Assembly: GCA_009602725.1 (NCBI GenBank) | Contig: WELB01000004.1 | Location: 701,277 to 765,276 of the forward strand | Direction of reading: 5' to 3' | DNA length: 64,000 nt | Source of the DNA: Spirogloea muscicola | Lineage: Eukaryota | Part shown: piece after piece, positions 39,766-57,968 of the stretch | How the letters are laid out: every line of letters begins with the position of its first letter | How positions within the stretch are numbered: position 1 is the first letter of the stretch | Notes under the pieces: model-generated | The model's input: the letters and a program-made list of their open reading frames with translations, nothing else | Told to the model about the DNA's origin: nothing | Database searches by the model: none | Position numbers and translations under genes: made by a program

Positions 39766-42533
39766 TCAAAGGTTGTCCTGATATTGCTTGCTGTCGTCTT
39801 CCACAAGGGGATCATTTGTTGTCCTCTGCTTAATCCGTCTCAGCCGCAACTTGTGATACAGCAGCAAAGAGCACAACACCACAACTGCCGCTAGCAGGTA
39901 CATAGGAATAGTGCAGGTTCTTTGAGCTGCAAAGATTGCGCCCGTGCATGACTCAGTCAAACCTAGACTGGAGAAATTCACAGAATCTCTTGTGACATAT
40001 TTTTGTTTCGTCCAGCACCATTCTGCGCCTCTCCACAAATGCTCTATGCCACTACTTGCAGCAAAGCTGCGCACTTGCAAGCTGAAGCTCTCGATGGTGG
40101 CTTTGCTTCTGAATCAGAATCGAAGTCAGCAATGAAAATTTACACAGGTATAGAGGACAGACACACTACCATGCACAGCAGGTCACGATGGCATACTTGG
40201 GGGTGAAGCTTTTTGCTCTTGACAGGCAACTAGCTCTGCAAGGAGAGATGCAGCATAGACTATCAGAAGGAGCTCACAACTGCTTGAGCTTTCACTTTAT
40301 ACTTAGATGCACAGACTTATTGCTGTCATGTCAATGCCAGGTGGCAAGCATGACATGCCATAAGAGCTGTCGTATGTGTCTTTGAATGTCATAAGTATCA
40401 CACCTAGATAGGACGTTGCCGTGCCTGGAAGTCGGAGAAGACACCGTCCACATGTAGACGCTCCAGAAACAGTGCGTACTCCTCAAGCGGATCCTGTGTG
40501 TGGTGGTAGCTCAGGATCAATATTTGCAGTTTGCATTAGACAGTCAAGTGTGCATAAAATGTTGATGCTTTCGACAATACCTCTCATCAAAGCGCGTCAG
40601 CAAGATGACAACTAATATTTACCTCCAAGAGAGTGTTTTCCTAAGTTGATAAGCAAGCTGACCTGCTGCCTCACAAGTGCAGGCGTAGCTGCTGCCAGTA
40701 TCACAACAATTTGTGCACGTTCCAGTATATTGACTACTGCATCATACCAGAGGTTCTTACTTGTCCGTAATCGAAAGCCAAGAATTGGTTCTCATTGCGG
40801 AAGGTGTAAGCATGCACGAGCAGGCCACGCTTGTGAGCTTGCCGTACAAGGTCTGTCGCATTGCCAAGCCTCTTAGTCCTGGGCTCAACGGCCACCAGGC
40901 TTTCCTTGGCAGGCCCAATAGCATCAGCATAAACGCTGAAGTTGTCCAATAGCTCCATTGGCGAGCGACTTTCAGGCCGTGCAGCGCCGGAGAAGTTGTA
41001 GTCTCTCTGAGCGTGAAGCACACGTACAGGCATGTGGCAAACATCAAGTTGCAAGTGCAATGAGGTGACTGGAAGCATCAATGCAGCTCCTGGTGATTCT
41101 CAACGACCTGCAATTGATTGCCACAGTGATTCTTACACTGTTTCCGATGAGACAATGGTGGTGATAACATGCCACTGCCATCAGCTTTCGTGCTACCAAA
41201 GATGGACTTGGTAACAACTGACCTCAATCCAGTCAGTTTCCAGAAGCTGCACAAGCGGAAGCCTCGTCCGTTCCTTCAGCTGCCTAAGGCTATATGCATC
41301 AAAAGATTCGAGAAATGATGCGCCTCCGTGCTCCTCAACACGGAACTCGTCCAGCAGCTCCAAGAGTTTGTCCTCAATCCCAAGGCCAAGGCTTCTATGC
41401 CACTGAGGATGCTGCCTAGTGAGAAAACAGAAACACTGCTCAACTTCTCTGCTTGTGGACGCATAATGAAGTTGAAGCCAGCAGCAGGTCATTATCAAAC
41501 CAAGTATTGAGCTCACGTGATCAAGTGCTGGCCCAGCCATGAGCTTGTGCAACCTCACACCTTCGTCTCTACGTAAATGCAGACGGGCTGACCCCTTGTA
41601 TTATTCAGCAACAGATTCATGTACTCTCTCAAGGTCGCTACCTCAAAGAGGCCATCATAGGACGGATCTCTGAACGAGAGTCTCTGCACAGCTGAGGCAA
41701 CATAGACAGGTCATGCATGACAATGTCTCGCTTGCATGGCAAAACATGCTGCGGGTGAGGAATATAGATGGTCTGCTGACCACGGAGTTGCTTGATCTCC
41801 TCCAAAGTGAAGTCAACTGAGAAGAAGCCCGTCATCTCAATGCCGTCAATGCCGTCAAAGTTCGCCGCCGGTCTGCAAATTTGGGGTGGTCTTTCACATT
41901 GGTCGTCTATACAATATTGGGCTCATGACGACAGATGGGTACGCTGTCCTTGGTCCTGCACACGGGCACAAGTAAGAGTCAGCAGGATCCAAATCAAGTG
42001 TATAAGTCTCCACAACCAATGGCATACTTAATTTCACAGAGTGCTCTTGCATCGGTGTTAGCAGCTCAGTCAACTTGTATCCAGAAGCTTGCATCGAAGG
42101 TAGCAGCTTATCAGATTGTACACAAAGCCAGCCCTGCGAACTTGGCATAGTCGTGAAGCTGAAGCTGGAGTACTGGCTGGCGCACATGACAACGTCACAT
42201 TCCACTGCGTGGGCGCCCTCTCGGATTGCCCTTGCGTAAGAGGCCAGTGTGTGCTCCGGCAGAGCCCCGCAGCTGCCCCTGTGCCCGATGACAAGCGGAC
42301 CGCTTCCTGCACACAGCATCACATACACCGCAGGAGTGCTAATTGTGCAGTACTGATAACAACTTACAACATAACGTTAACAACTCTCCTGCATAGGCTG
42401 ATGGATGCATTCTCGGCTGTCCTTGGAAGCAAGCTTTCTGCATGGGGCTCCTACCGGCACCAGCGGCCGGCCATGGGGCGCTGAGGAGCGGAGGCAGCAG
42501 CAGGAGTAGAGCGAGGTGCTGGCCGCGGCCCAT
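39766..42533 (-). pseudogene. Glycerophosphodiester phosphodiesterase (GDPD5/6-like, signal peptide, possible C-terminal TM helix) with disabling lesions
   Basis: MGRGQHLALLLLLPPLL signal; PLVIGHRGSCGALPEHTLASY...VECDV, IYVETK, ESFD, IGPAK, VHAYTFRNE and VDGVFSDF motifs. In-frame TAG at 41907-41909, frameshift near 41850 and frameshift near 40427. Confidence 0.8.
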
Positions 42534-42799
42534 GTACGTTGCTGCTGGGCGGCCGCTTAGGCCTTGGCGGCGGAGAATGGTGCACGTTGGTGGTCGTCAA
42601 GTGGGAGGTGAATGGTGGGCCTGGTCACTGCGGCCCCCCCGCAGAGCTCGGCGCTATCAAGCTGCGCTTGGCGTAGTTGCTGGCGGGCTGTGGCGGCAGC
42701 GCCAGAGACGAGCCAGCTTGTTGCAAAACAAGGACAGCCCAACAACGTTGGTGCTGCTGCTGCCGCCGCTGCAGCTCGCCGACACCCCTCTGCAGCTCG

Positions 42800-43285
42800 C
42801 CGACACTCCTCCCGGCCGCAATCGACACTTTCGGCTGCTTGGGTCCTCGCTTCCATACCCTACTCGAGAACATAGCGAGTCTGGGATATGCACGACGCGA
42901 GGATATGCTCCCAGCCCAGATGGGTATGCCGGCAGCCTATCTGTCATTTCTGCGACGTCAAGTGTCAACCTGTCTGCAACGAGCTCAGGCGTATGCTCTG
43001 CATCAGAAAGCTGGTCGAGCCTTAGCTGCTGGCACAAGAGCTAGTCAATTGCCGTCCGGTATTCGAGCGTCAGCTAGCGACCTCTATGTGCTGACTCGTG
43101 GTTACTGAGCGGGTCAGCTTAGCAGCAGGTGACGTACATTTGTCCAATGTGCTTGCCTTTGTACTTGGCCACACATGGCCTCCCCTAATATACACGCATT
43201 TTCTGTCGGCTGTGGCAGCCTGTCTGCAGCGAGCACAGGCTCATGCTTCGCACCAGAGACAGGGCGAGCTTTAGTTCACGAACAC
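42800..43285 (+). mobile_element. CRE-like non-LTR retrotransposon 3' fragment (subfamily A) plus a re-started partial copy
   Basis: LLPAAIDTFGCLGPRFHTLL...RRQVSTCLQRAQAYALHQKAGRAL...SDLYVLTRGY* (stop 43108); 3' UTR tgtgcttgcctttgtacttggcca; about 43215-43275 repeats the ACLQRAQ...GRAL segment. Confidence 0.8.
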
Positions 43286-43559
43286 GAGAATGAAAAAGGA
43301 CACAGCTCTGCCAAGAAGGAAGAGACACAGTAAGGGAGGCATTTTCCAAGGATCACCACCGTATAGATTACTTCTATCATGCATGGACCTTGCTTAGGTG
43401 TGTGATCCAGCGGTTTTCGGCCCCTTCGGACCCTTCTGTCGATCCATTTCGTGCTGGCTAATCACAGTTCTCGCCCCCTTCAGAAGAGCTCACTTTGCTT
43501 CTCTATCTGTGTGCTAAGGACATTCACGGCGGCCACAGTAAGATATGATCCTCCCTCCA

Positions 43560-43830
43560 CCAGCATTTGGCCCAGCTTGTTGACGCGCGTTGTCACAGTC
43601 GGGGAGGAGGCTTGGGGCACACTAGCATTGCGCAACCATCACTTGCATGTTACAAAATGCGCCTTCTGCTAAGTTCGCAGTGCTCCGAAGCTTAAGCAGT
43701 ACATCGTGCTGGGCGTGCTCCAAGCAAGGCCACGAGCGCCAGGCCACTAGCTTCCGTGGCGGTGCTCCAGGTCCCCAAGTTAGTCTGTCGGAGTTGCATG
43801 TGCTCACTCGTAGGTACCGTTGTCCCCCTT
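43560..43830 (+). mobile_element. Degenerate 3' end of another CRE-like subfamily
   Basis: Ends ...SFRGGAPGPQVSLSELHVLTRRY, matching the shared terminal motif. Confidence 0.55.
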
Positions 43831-44809
43831 CAGCAGGCAGTTTCACGTTAGCCCCTCTTAGCTTAGGGCTTCGCTCTGTGTAGCCCCATCCTTTGCACCG
43901 TCTTCTGCTTAAATAGTGAAGGCTTGACTTCGCCTCCTCCTCTCACTATGAGGCAGATGTATCCTTAGGTCTAGGTTCATAGCCATCAAGACGAATTCTC
44001 AGTCCTTGATGGCCTGGCCTTTCACAGCCATCGCCCCCTATGGACGGGCTACTTCGTCTTCCTCAGTCGAGGTTATGGGGCGTTTGAAAATCACAGCTCT
44101 GTCTGTAGTGCCCCCTCCACGCCAGAAACTCAGACCTGCACTAAGCCGACTGCCGCGAAGGTGATACTAGCAACTACCATGTCTGCTGCCATGGCGGCAC
44201 CAGAAAGTGACATACTGCCTACGGTTGCCAACAGCAGAAGCCTCCAGGGCGTTCAAACCATTCTAAGCAGGGAATGCAGAGGCAGTTCAGCTGATGCACA
44301 ATGCATCTGTGAGCTACTTCGCTTTTCCAGTCGACTAGTTTTGATATTCTGTGCTGCTGCAGAAGGCTGTCAGAGACATTCAATGTAACAAAGGGAGCAC
44401 TACTAATTGAATCATTCAATGAGCAAGTTGAGATGTTACTCACTGCCTTGAGTGGTTGGTGAGGGGGTGGTTGACAAATGGGGCCATGATGCGGTCAGCA
44501 TGTGCCCACACGCAGCTGCAGAAGCTATGCATGCGTGGTCTGGCTAATGAGCTTCTTATACAGAGCAAGTCAAAGAGGGGCCTTGTAAGTGGGCTCTTGC
44601 TTGGCAGGCCCAGGGGCTCTACTCATAATGGATACAACTATCATTTGGCAATACGCCAAAGTTAAAGAATACAATAGCTGGAGGCCTACTTTAGAGTCTT
44701 ACCCGAAGTGGCTGCAGATGAGCGTCTGAAAACAGTGGGCTATACAATGTGCCAGCACAGGAGAGGACTCAGCATTACTGAAGTCTTTTTCCAGGGGCCC
44801 TATGATTTA

Positions 44810-50594
<5,785 letters not shown>

Positions 50595-50744
50595 GGCCGC
50601 CAGCCGCCGCAGCGGCGCCGCCACAGTGGGCGCTGTCTGCGCGGCGCCGAGGCGCAGGATCGCGGACGCCGCTTTGGGCGGCGGCGGCGGCGGCGTGGCA
50701 GTGGGCCCGTCACTCACCTGTCAGGGCACCGTTTGACTCCGCTT

Positions 50745-53700
50745 CGGCTCCGTCCTGAACACCTGTATGCATCTGGCTGGCATTTCACAGCCGATTCTTT
50801 CATATCAGCAGCCGCTTTCTCTGTTTGACGGATGGCTATTTCACGTGGTAGCTCATTGAGCGCCCCACTCGCAGGAGTCATGAAGAGTTGTCTCATGCTT
50901 GTTGCGCCTTTCGGCCCTTCTCAGAACTTGTACATTCCTTTAGGCTGGCCTCTCACAGGCTGGCCTGTTCACAGCCCTTGACCCCTGTGTTTCAAAGACA
51001 CGAATTTTCCCTGTTGGGAGAGCCATTGCCTGACTGGAAATGAAAATGAAGTGGTACTCCCAATGCGGCAAGAGAGAAGTGGCACTCCCAATGGGGGGCA
51101 AGGGCTGCGAAAAGCCAGCCCAAAAAGAATTCACAAAGGTTCAGAGGGGCCTAAGAGCGGTGAGCAGCTACAAAGGGGCCTGAGGATGCTATGGTAAAAC
51201 AGGGGGAGAATGGATCACTCAGTACGTACGAGTGAGGAGCCTCGGCAAGGGCTGCGAAAAGCCAGCCCGAAGTCAATTGACACAGGTTCGGAGGGGCCTA
51301 CAAAGAAGAAAGTGCTCGCCCATAGAAAAAGGACAATTTCGTGTATTTGAAACAAACGAAGGCCAAAGGCCAAGTACAAAGGCAAGCACATCTAAAGACC
51401 TACATAATCTACAGCAAATTGACCCGCTCAACAACGCTCAAAAAGGGGGCCAGCAAAGCCAGCCCGGAAGCGAAGTGCTCGCCCATAGAGAAGAGTGGCT
51501 GGCAAAGCCAGCCCAAAAAGAATGGACAATATCCCAAGCCAAAGAAAAGAGGTGCCGAAAAAGAACTACACTACAGTCCATGCCTTTGGACTAAAGCCCG
51601 GAAAGAATGGACAATGTCCGAAAGCCAAAGAAAGAAAGAACACACAGCGAGGCAGCTAGACAAGAAGACACGACGAAACAAGCGCTTAGCAGCTCCGAAG
51701 GGAAAAGAAGAGAAGAGCTCGCCCACAGAGAAGCTGCTGTGTCAGAACGGGGGACTACACTACCTTTGTCAATTCTTTTGGGCCTGGCTTTTCGCAGCCC
51801 TTGCCCCCACTGGAAGGATTTCGTGTATTTGAAACAAACGAAGGCCGAGTGGCCAAGTACAAAGGCAAGCACATCTGAAGACCTACATAACCTACAGTAG
51901 ATTGACCCGCTCAGTAACCACGGGTCAAAACATGAAGGTCGCTAATCGATGCCTGAATACTAGATGTCAGATACGAAGCCCTTCTACCACCAACTAGAGC
52001 TCGTCCAGCTTTCTGGTGCAAGGCATTAGCCTGAGCACGCTGCAAACAGGCCGAAACTTGTCGTCACAAGAAAGACAGGTATGCAGCTGGTAAGCCCATC
52101 TCAGCCGGAAACACATCTGCACGACGTGTGTAGCCTAGATTGGCAATGGTTTGGAGGAGGGTGTGGAAACGAGGACCCAGACAGCCAAAGATGTCGATTG
52201 CCGCTGGCAGGAGCTGATCGCATTGTGGGTAGTCGGAGTAGTGCTGCAACTTTCTTTGTTCTGCACCGCCCACTGCGTGACCAGCGATGTGTGTTGATGC
52301 TGGACCTTTATATGCCTCCGTAATAACAACGTCGACCAGGGCCCGAACTGCCCCCACTGGGAGTGCCACTTCTGTACGGCCTGTCTGCAGCGTGCCCAGG
52401 CTAATGCCTTGCACCAGAAAGCTGGGCGAGCTCTAGTTGGTGGCAGAAGGGCTTCTTAATCCGACGTCTAGTATTCAGGCATCGATTAGCGACCTTCATG
52501 TTTTGACCCGCGGTTACTGAGCGGGTCATTCTGCTGTAGGTTACATAGGTATTAGATGTGCTTGCCTTTGTACTTGGCCATTTGGCCTTCGTTTGTTTCA
52601 AATACACGAATTCTCTCTGTACGGGGGGAGGATGGATCAACTCAGTAGTGTCGAGTGAGGAGCCTCAAATCCGACAGACTAGCTGCCAGAAAACTATCCC
52701 CCTGAAAATACACGAAATTTCCTTGAGAGCACGGCCAGCACGCAGATGCCATGGACGAACAAGAAGTGGCACTCCCAATGGGGGCAAGGGCTGCGAAAAG
52801 CCAGCCCGAAAAGAATGGCGATGGAAAACACACTTCCGTTATGCTAATCCTCCGGAGGGCCGACGGACTCCACACGCGCCGTGTCGCCTTGGTGGCGTCG
52901 ACGCCGGGCGGCGGCGCGCGCATCGTCGCTGATGTGGTCACCACTGATGTGGTCGACCGCTCCAACCCGGGGCTCTCTGCCTCGCGGGCTGGCCACGCTG
53001 CGGCGATGGCGCTCGCGCTCGCAGCAAGGCGGCCAAACACGCCGACCACCCGGCTGCAGATGGAAAGAGATCGTGTATTAGAAAGAAATGTAGGCCAAAT
53101 GGCCAGGTACAAAGGCAAGCACATCTAAAAATCTACATAACCTACAGCAGATTGACCCGCTCAATAACCACGGGTCAAAACATAAAGGTCACTACTCGAT
53201 GCATGAATACTAGATGCCAGGAACGGAGCCCTTCTGCCACCTACTAGAGCTCGCCCAGCTTTCTGGTGCAAGGCACTAGCCTGAGCACGCTGCAAACAGG
53301 CCGAAACTCGACGTCGCAAGAGCGACAGATATGCAGCTGGCAAGCCCATCTCAGCCGGAAACACATCTGCGCGTCGAGTGTAGCCTAGATTGGCAATGTT
53401 TTGAAGCAGAGTGTGGAAGCGAGGACCCAGACAGCCAAAGATGTCGATTGCAGCTGGCAGGAGTTGATCGCATTGGGGGTAATCGGAGTAATGCCGCAGT
53501 TTTCTTTGCTCTGCTCCGCCCACTGCGTGCCCAGCAATGTGTGTTGATGCTGGGCCTTTATATGCCTCCGTAACAACAACGTCGACCAGGGCCCGTGGTC
53601 CTCCACCAGGTTGCACGCCCACAATGTCAAGTGTGCGGCGATGATGACGTCCCTGGGCGTCCGTGGTGATAGGCATGATATTGTTGACTTCCACGACCGC

Positions 53701-55310
53701 ACGGTAGCCGGCGTCGCGCATCAAGCCCGCCAGGGCATCGCGAAGGAGGTTGTGAATGCCCACCACTTCTGGTCCAGTGGGGCATCTCAGCATGTGAGTA
53801 GCGAGCACAGCACCCTCTGCACGGAAGAAAGATGAGTTCGTCCCCCTGGCTGTGGGCGTGCACGGGGCTCTCGGGTCCCAGTGGCTCGACCGGCTGGCCA
53901 GGCTTGCGCGGCGTGCTATGTCCCGCAGACGCGGTGAGCCGGCTGACTTCAACGCCGCTGGCTCGTGGGCCCAAGTCTATCGTATGAGATTGTCAGTCTC
54001 CCTGCAGCGGTCCATGGCCCACGATTTTCATCTGTGTGCTGGCCGTGCTCTCGCTGCGGCCTCCGGCTTTCGTCAGGGGGGTAATTTTCCGGCAGCTAGT
54101 CTGTCGAATTTGAGGCTCCTCACTCGTCACTACTGAGTGATCCATCCTCCCCCCGTTCTGACATAGCATCTTCAGGCCATGGACCGCTGGAGGGAGACTG
54201 ACAATCTCATACGGTAGACTTGGCCCACGAGCCAGCGTCGTTGAAGTCAGCCGGCTCACCGCGCCTGCGGGACACAGCACGTTGCGCAGCCTGGCCAGCA
54301 GGTCGAGCCACTGGGACCCGAGAGCCCCGCGCACGCCCACAGCCATTGCCTTGCTGGAAAAGCTGTTTACTTATTTTTCGTGGTAGCCCTGCCAGGTCGA
54401 AGGCGGGGCAACTCGTCTCCGGCTGCTCGTTTGTCCCCATTAATCAGACAAGCAAACAGCTCTCTAAAATCCCGAATGATTCACGCTCCTCAATCTTTGT
54501 GAGCGAAAACTTTTTCTGAAGTAGCTCATCCAGAAAGAAGTAAGTGCTTCCCAAGAATATTGAGAGCCTAGTGGCCACTTGCGTCGCTGTGTGCTTGAGC
54601 ACTTTTCTGGCCCCTTCGAACTTTGCTAGGTCCTTTTCCTTGGCTGGCCACCCACAGCCATCGCCCTCTACTGGAAGAGTCTTCTTCCAGTTCCATTGGC
54701 CCATCTGACCTTGCGGCATGCAGATCAGCCCTGACAGTGGCCACCAACTACGTGGCAGCCACCGTCTGACCACCCCCCAAGTCCAGCTGACCAGCTGCTA
54801 CACGAGCAAGGTGCAGCACTTATCAGAAGTGCCGAGCCTCCAAGGAGTGGGTCGTCATAGCAAATTTCCAAGCCCTTGCTGCGATGCCAAATTGCTTGCG
54901 CTGCACAGCCGGCTGGTCGCACCCTTGCAGCAGCCTCCGGCTTGTGTAGCAGGGTTCCTTTTACCTTTCCTCTGCTCAATGAACTCCCACTACTGACATG
55001 GGGATACCAAGAGGGCCCTGATTGCCCAGCTTGCAGGACCTCATATGCTCAAGGTCTGGGCCATGAGTGGATCTGCGCGTGTACCGCCACTACGGCGCTG
55101 TCTGCTAGCCCTGGAGAGAGGGCAGACGTCCAGCTGTGGAAACTGTCTGGAAGAGAAGAACAGGCGGTTGTGGAGCAAACCGAGAGTTGCCAAATCCTGA
55201 GGACTTTCAAATTGTTGGCAGCCGCTTATCCTTTATTAATGTGCTTTTCAATGTGCTTGCCTTTGTACTTGGCCACACAGGCCCTCCATCACTTGATACA
55301 GACATTTTCC
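50745..55310. mobile_element. Mosaic cluster of shuffled CRE-like retrotransposon 3' fragments in both orientations
   Basis: Subfamily A copies at about 51338-51430(-), 51820-52345(-), 52377-52610(+), 53070-53845(-) and 55250-55300(+). Subfamily B copies at about 52620-52705(-), 52835-53040(+), 53847-54160(+) and 54175-54345(-). Another subfamily lies at about 54880-55010(+). The module aagtggcactcccaatgggggcaagggctgcgaaaagccagcc recurs. Confidence 0.85.
53161..53845 (-). mobile_element. Longest retrotransposon ORF remnant: CCHC knuckle + restriction-like endonuclease (RLE) domain
   Basis: CRGC (adjacent frame)...HMLRC...IHNLLRDALAGLMRDAGYRAVVE...RRTLDIVG...ALVDVVVT...AEQRKLRHY...LLPAAIDIFGCLG...RVSACLQR. 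This is the CCHC-(R)HN-E-(P)D-D-K layout of R2-group/CRE elements. Confidence 0.8.
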
Positions 55311-55925
55311 TTTATCGCACAGCCAGACGCACGTGAGACACACATCTTCTTGAGCCGTTCTCCTGGCCACAACAGGCAAGATGGTTGATGTGTACCTCTC
55401 CTTCTGTCACAATCCAGAAGGCAGAGTCCCTGGATCTCCACGCTGGACCAAACCCTGTCCAGCAGATCAAATAAGTGCAGAGTAACCCCTCTCTGTCTCT
55501 CGTCTGCTGCAAGCTACCAAACTCTCTGTCTGGTCGACATTTCACAATACGACTGCAACGCAGGCCTCACGACCTCACAAGGGGGTCACCCCTGTGAGTG
55601 CTAATAAGGTGCTTGCTGCGCAACAAGCGAGCTAGTGGGAGCGGCCCTTTGGAAGTAATCACTCGCTTGCGGTGAGTCTCTTGTGTCCTGCCACATCTGC
55701 AAAGGCTTGCTTGGACAAAATAATCCTCGCTTTGCCAAACATTCTCACCCTTGAGCTTGACAGATTGCACACTCTGCTTTGAGATATCAGACAAACTCAA
55801 CATTGGCAAATAAACTCTTACACCAACATGCAGCATCCGCCTGGCTGCTTGTCCACTCTGGGCTGAAAGCTGTGCGTTCTTCAGTCTTGTCACATTGCAG
55901 TATGTAGAACAACAGGCAACTCCTC

Positions 55926-57812
55926 CTACTTGGGTGCTTGGGCCAGATTGGGCAATGCCGGCGTGCTCTCCTCTACCACAGGCGGTGGGGCAGCACCAGT
56001 AGTAGGCCTGTGCAGTGGGGGAGAAAAGCACACCATGTTCAGACACAGCATCTCTGAGTAGCTCGTACCAGCACCCTGCACCGAGAGTCTTTGAAAGCAG
56101 CAACATAGATTTCACCGAAACTTTCTCATGCAGTGGTGATAATCACATCTCCTCTGACTGTTGATGAGATAGGGTCCAATGCAGGCAGAGGGGCCACATA
56201 GAAAAAGTGAGCAGCAAGTTGCTGTGGCACTCACAAGCCGACGGAAATCTTGAAAGCGTCGTAGATGCCCCATTGAGCCCCAGTCAATGTACCAATCATA
56301 ATAATACGGAGGGGCAGGCCTCGGGTGAACAGTCCAACCCAGCCCATCTGCTGCACAGCCTGAAACATGCAGAAGCAGCGCCAGGCTCAGCCATTACTTC
56401 CCTCATCTGCAGATCGATCTAAAATCTGCACAGGTGCTTCTCAAGATGCCATTATGCCAGGTACCTATACTGACTATCCATAAGGCAACACCTGTGGTGA
56501 GTGTCCTAGCCATGGGCAGGTAGAGTGGAGTTCAACGAGGAGACACGACCAGTTGCAGCTGTTTTGGAAGACGTGCTAGTTGCAACTTCTTCATAGATGC
56601 AAAAGCTCCCACTTGCTTCATGTTGGACACAAAGATAGGTCCCATCTATGTTTCACACAGCAGGGAAGGTCTAGGCTCGACCCCAAGCAGGTTCAGAGAA
56701 CTAGGTGTACCTGACCGACAGTGGCCCCCTTTGCATTGTTGAGGAAAGACACCAGGTTGTCCGCAGGATGCGAGACAATCGCGCAGAAAACTCCAGCGAT
56801 GTATCCAGCTGCAAAGCTGACACCGAGCTGTGTGCTCTTGGAGCACTCAGACTTGGGGTACGGCACTACATACTTGTAGAGAGCCGCAACTGTCTCCTCG
56901 AAGCAGGCAAACTTCATCATAGTATCTGCAGAAGCCAAGCAACGGAGTGTCAAGAAAGAAATTCCACCACACTGATAATGCAAAGGCTCCAAGGAGCAAC
57001 CCTGGTATCGTAAGCAGTGACCTTTTGCTAGTGGATCACCACCTGCACATTGCTGCTCAGAGCTGCACAGACAGGGTGCTTGCTCTAGTCGTGCTGACAT
57101 GGTCACTGAATGATAGCAAACCTTATTTTCATGGACATAGGAATCTAATAAAGTGCTTTCCTGACCAAGAGGCCAGTAAATACTCACAGGGAATTTGTCG
57201 TCCCCAGAGAGGAGTAAGCCCCTTGTACAACCTACACAAGCGGAATTGCAGCGCAGCAGCACACTCAGGCACAGCAGGCTTGTACATCTGAAGGGGGAGC
57301 CATTCGGAATGCCCTGTCGCTGGCATGGTCAGCAGTACGCCCGAAGAGACATGCAACAGTAGGAGGTCTTGGACTGGCAATCAAGGCTCACACCAGTGGC
57401 ATTCAGTAGACAACTCGGCAGACGCAGCCAAAGGGGCAGGTTTCACTCACCCGCCCACTCCGTCGGCTTTGATCAACTTGGGCATGCCATCCATGAGGCC
57501 GTTGGCAAAGCCCGGCTTCGTCTGCACCCGTACCTTTACGGCTTCGAACGGGCACAGGGCAATGTCAGCTATGAACTCGGCCGAGGCACTGCCGGCCAGG
57601 TAGATGAGGGTCTTGTACTTGTGTGCATACTCCTCGCCGGCCAGGTCAGAGTAGTACTTCTTGAAGTACTCATAGAACCCGAATTTGCAGGCGCCCTGCG
57701 CACTGTAGCCGAGAAGCGTCGGCAGCCAGCCCTTGAAGAAACCCCCGAGGCCTTGCTCGGCGTACAAGACACCAAAGCCAGATCCAATGCTTTTGTACTT
57801 GATAGGGTCAAT
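55926..57812 (-). CDS. Mitochondrial phosphate carrier (PHT3/MPT, SLC25A3 family); 5' exons in gap 57969-58744
   Basis: [102 protein letters not shown]. Last exon PTTGAAPP...QAPK* stops at 55926. Confidence 0.95.
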
Positions 57813-57968
57813 CTGCGGAGGAGCACCAAGCCTTGGAGTCAGGAAGGGGCAAACACTGCATCCTGCACGAGTGTGCTGCTAGAAAGACAGAGCTGCTCAA
57901 GGTGGAGACACAGGAAAGGGGGTCCTCTCGAAGGAGGAGAGGGGGGGGTGCAAAGGGAGGGAAAGAGA

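Noticed and set aside
51050..51820. CRISPR-like array from the recurring gcgaaaagccagccc/aaagaatggac motifs
   Set aside because: Eukaryotic context, irregular spacing, degenerate units in both orientations and no cas genes; better explained as retroelement UTR fragments.
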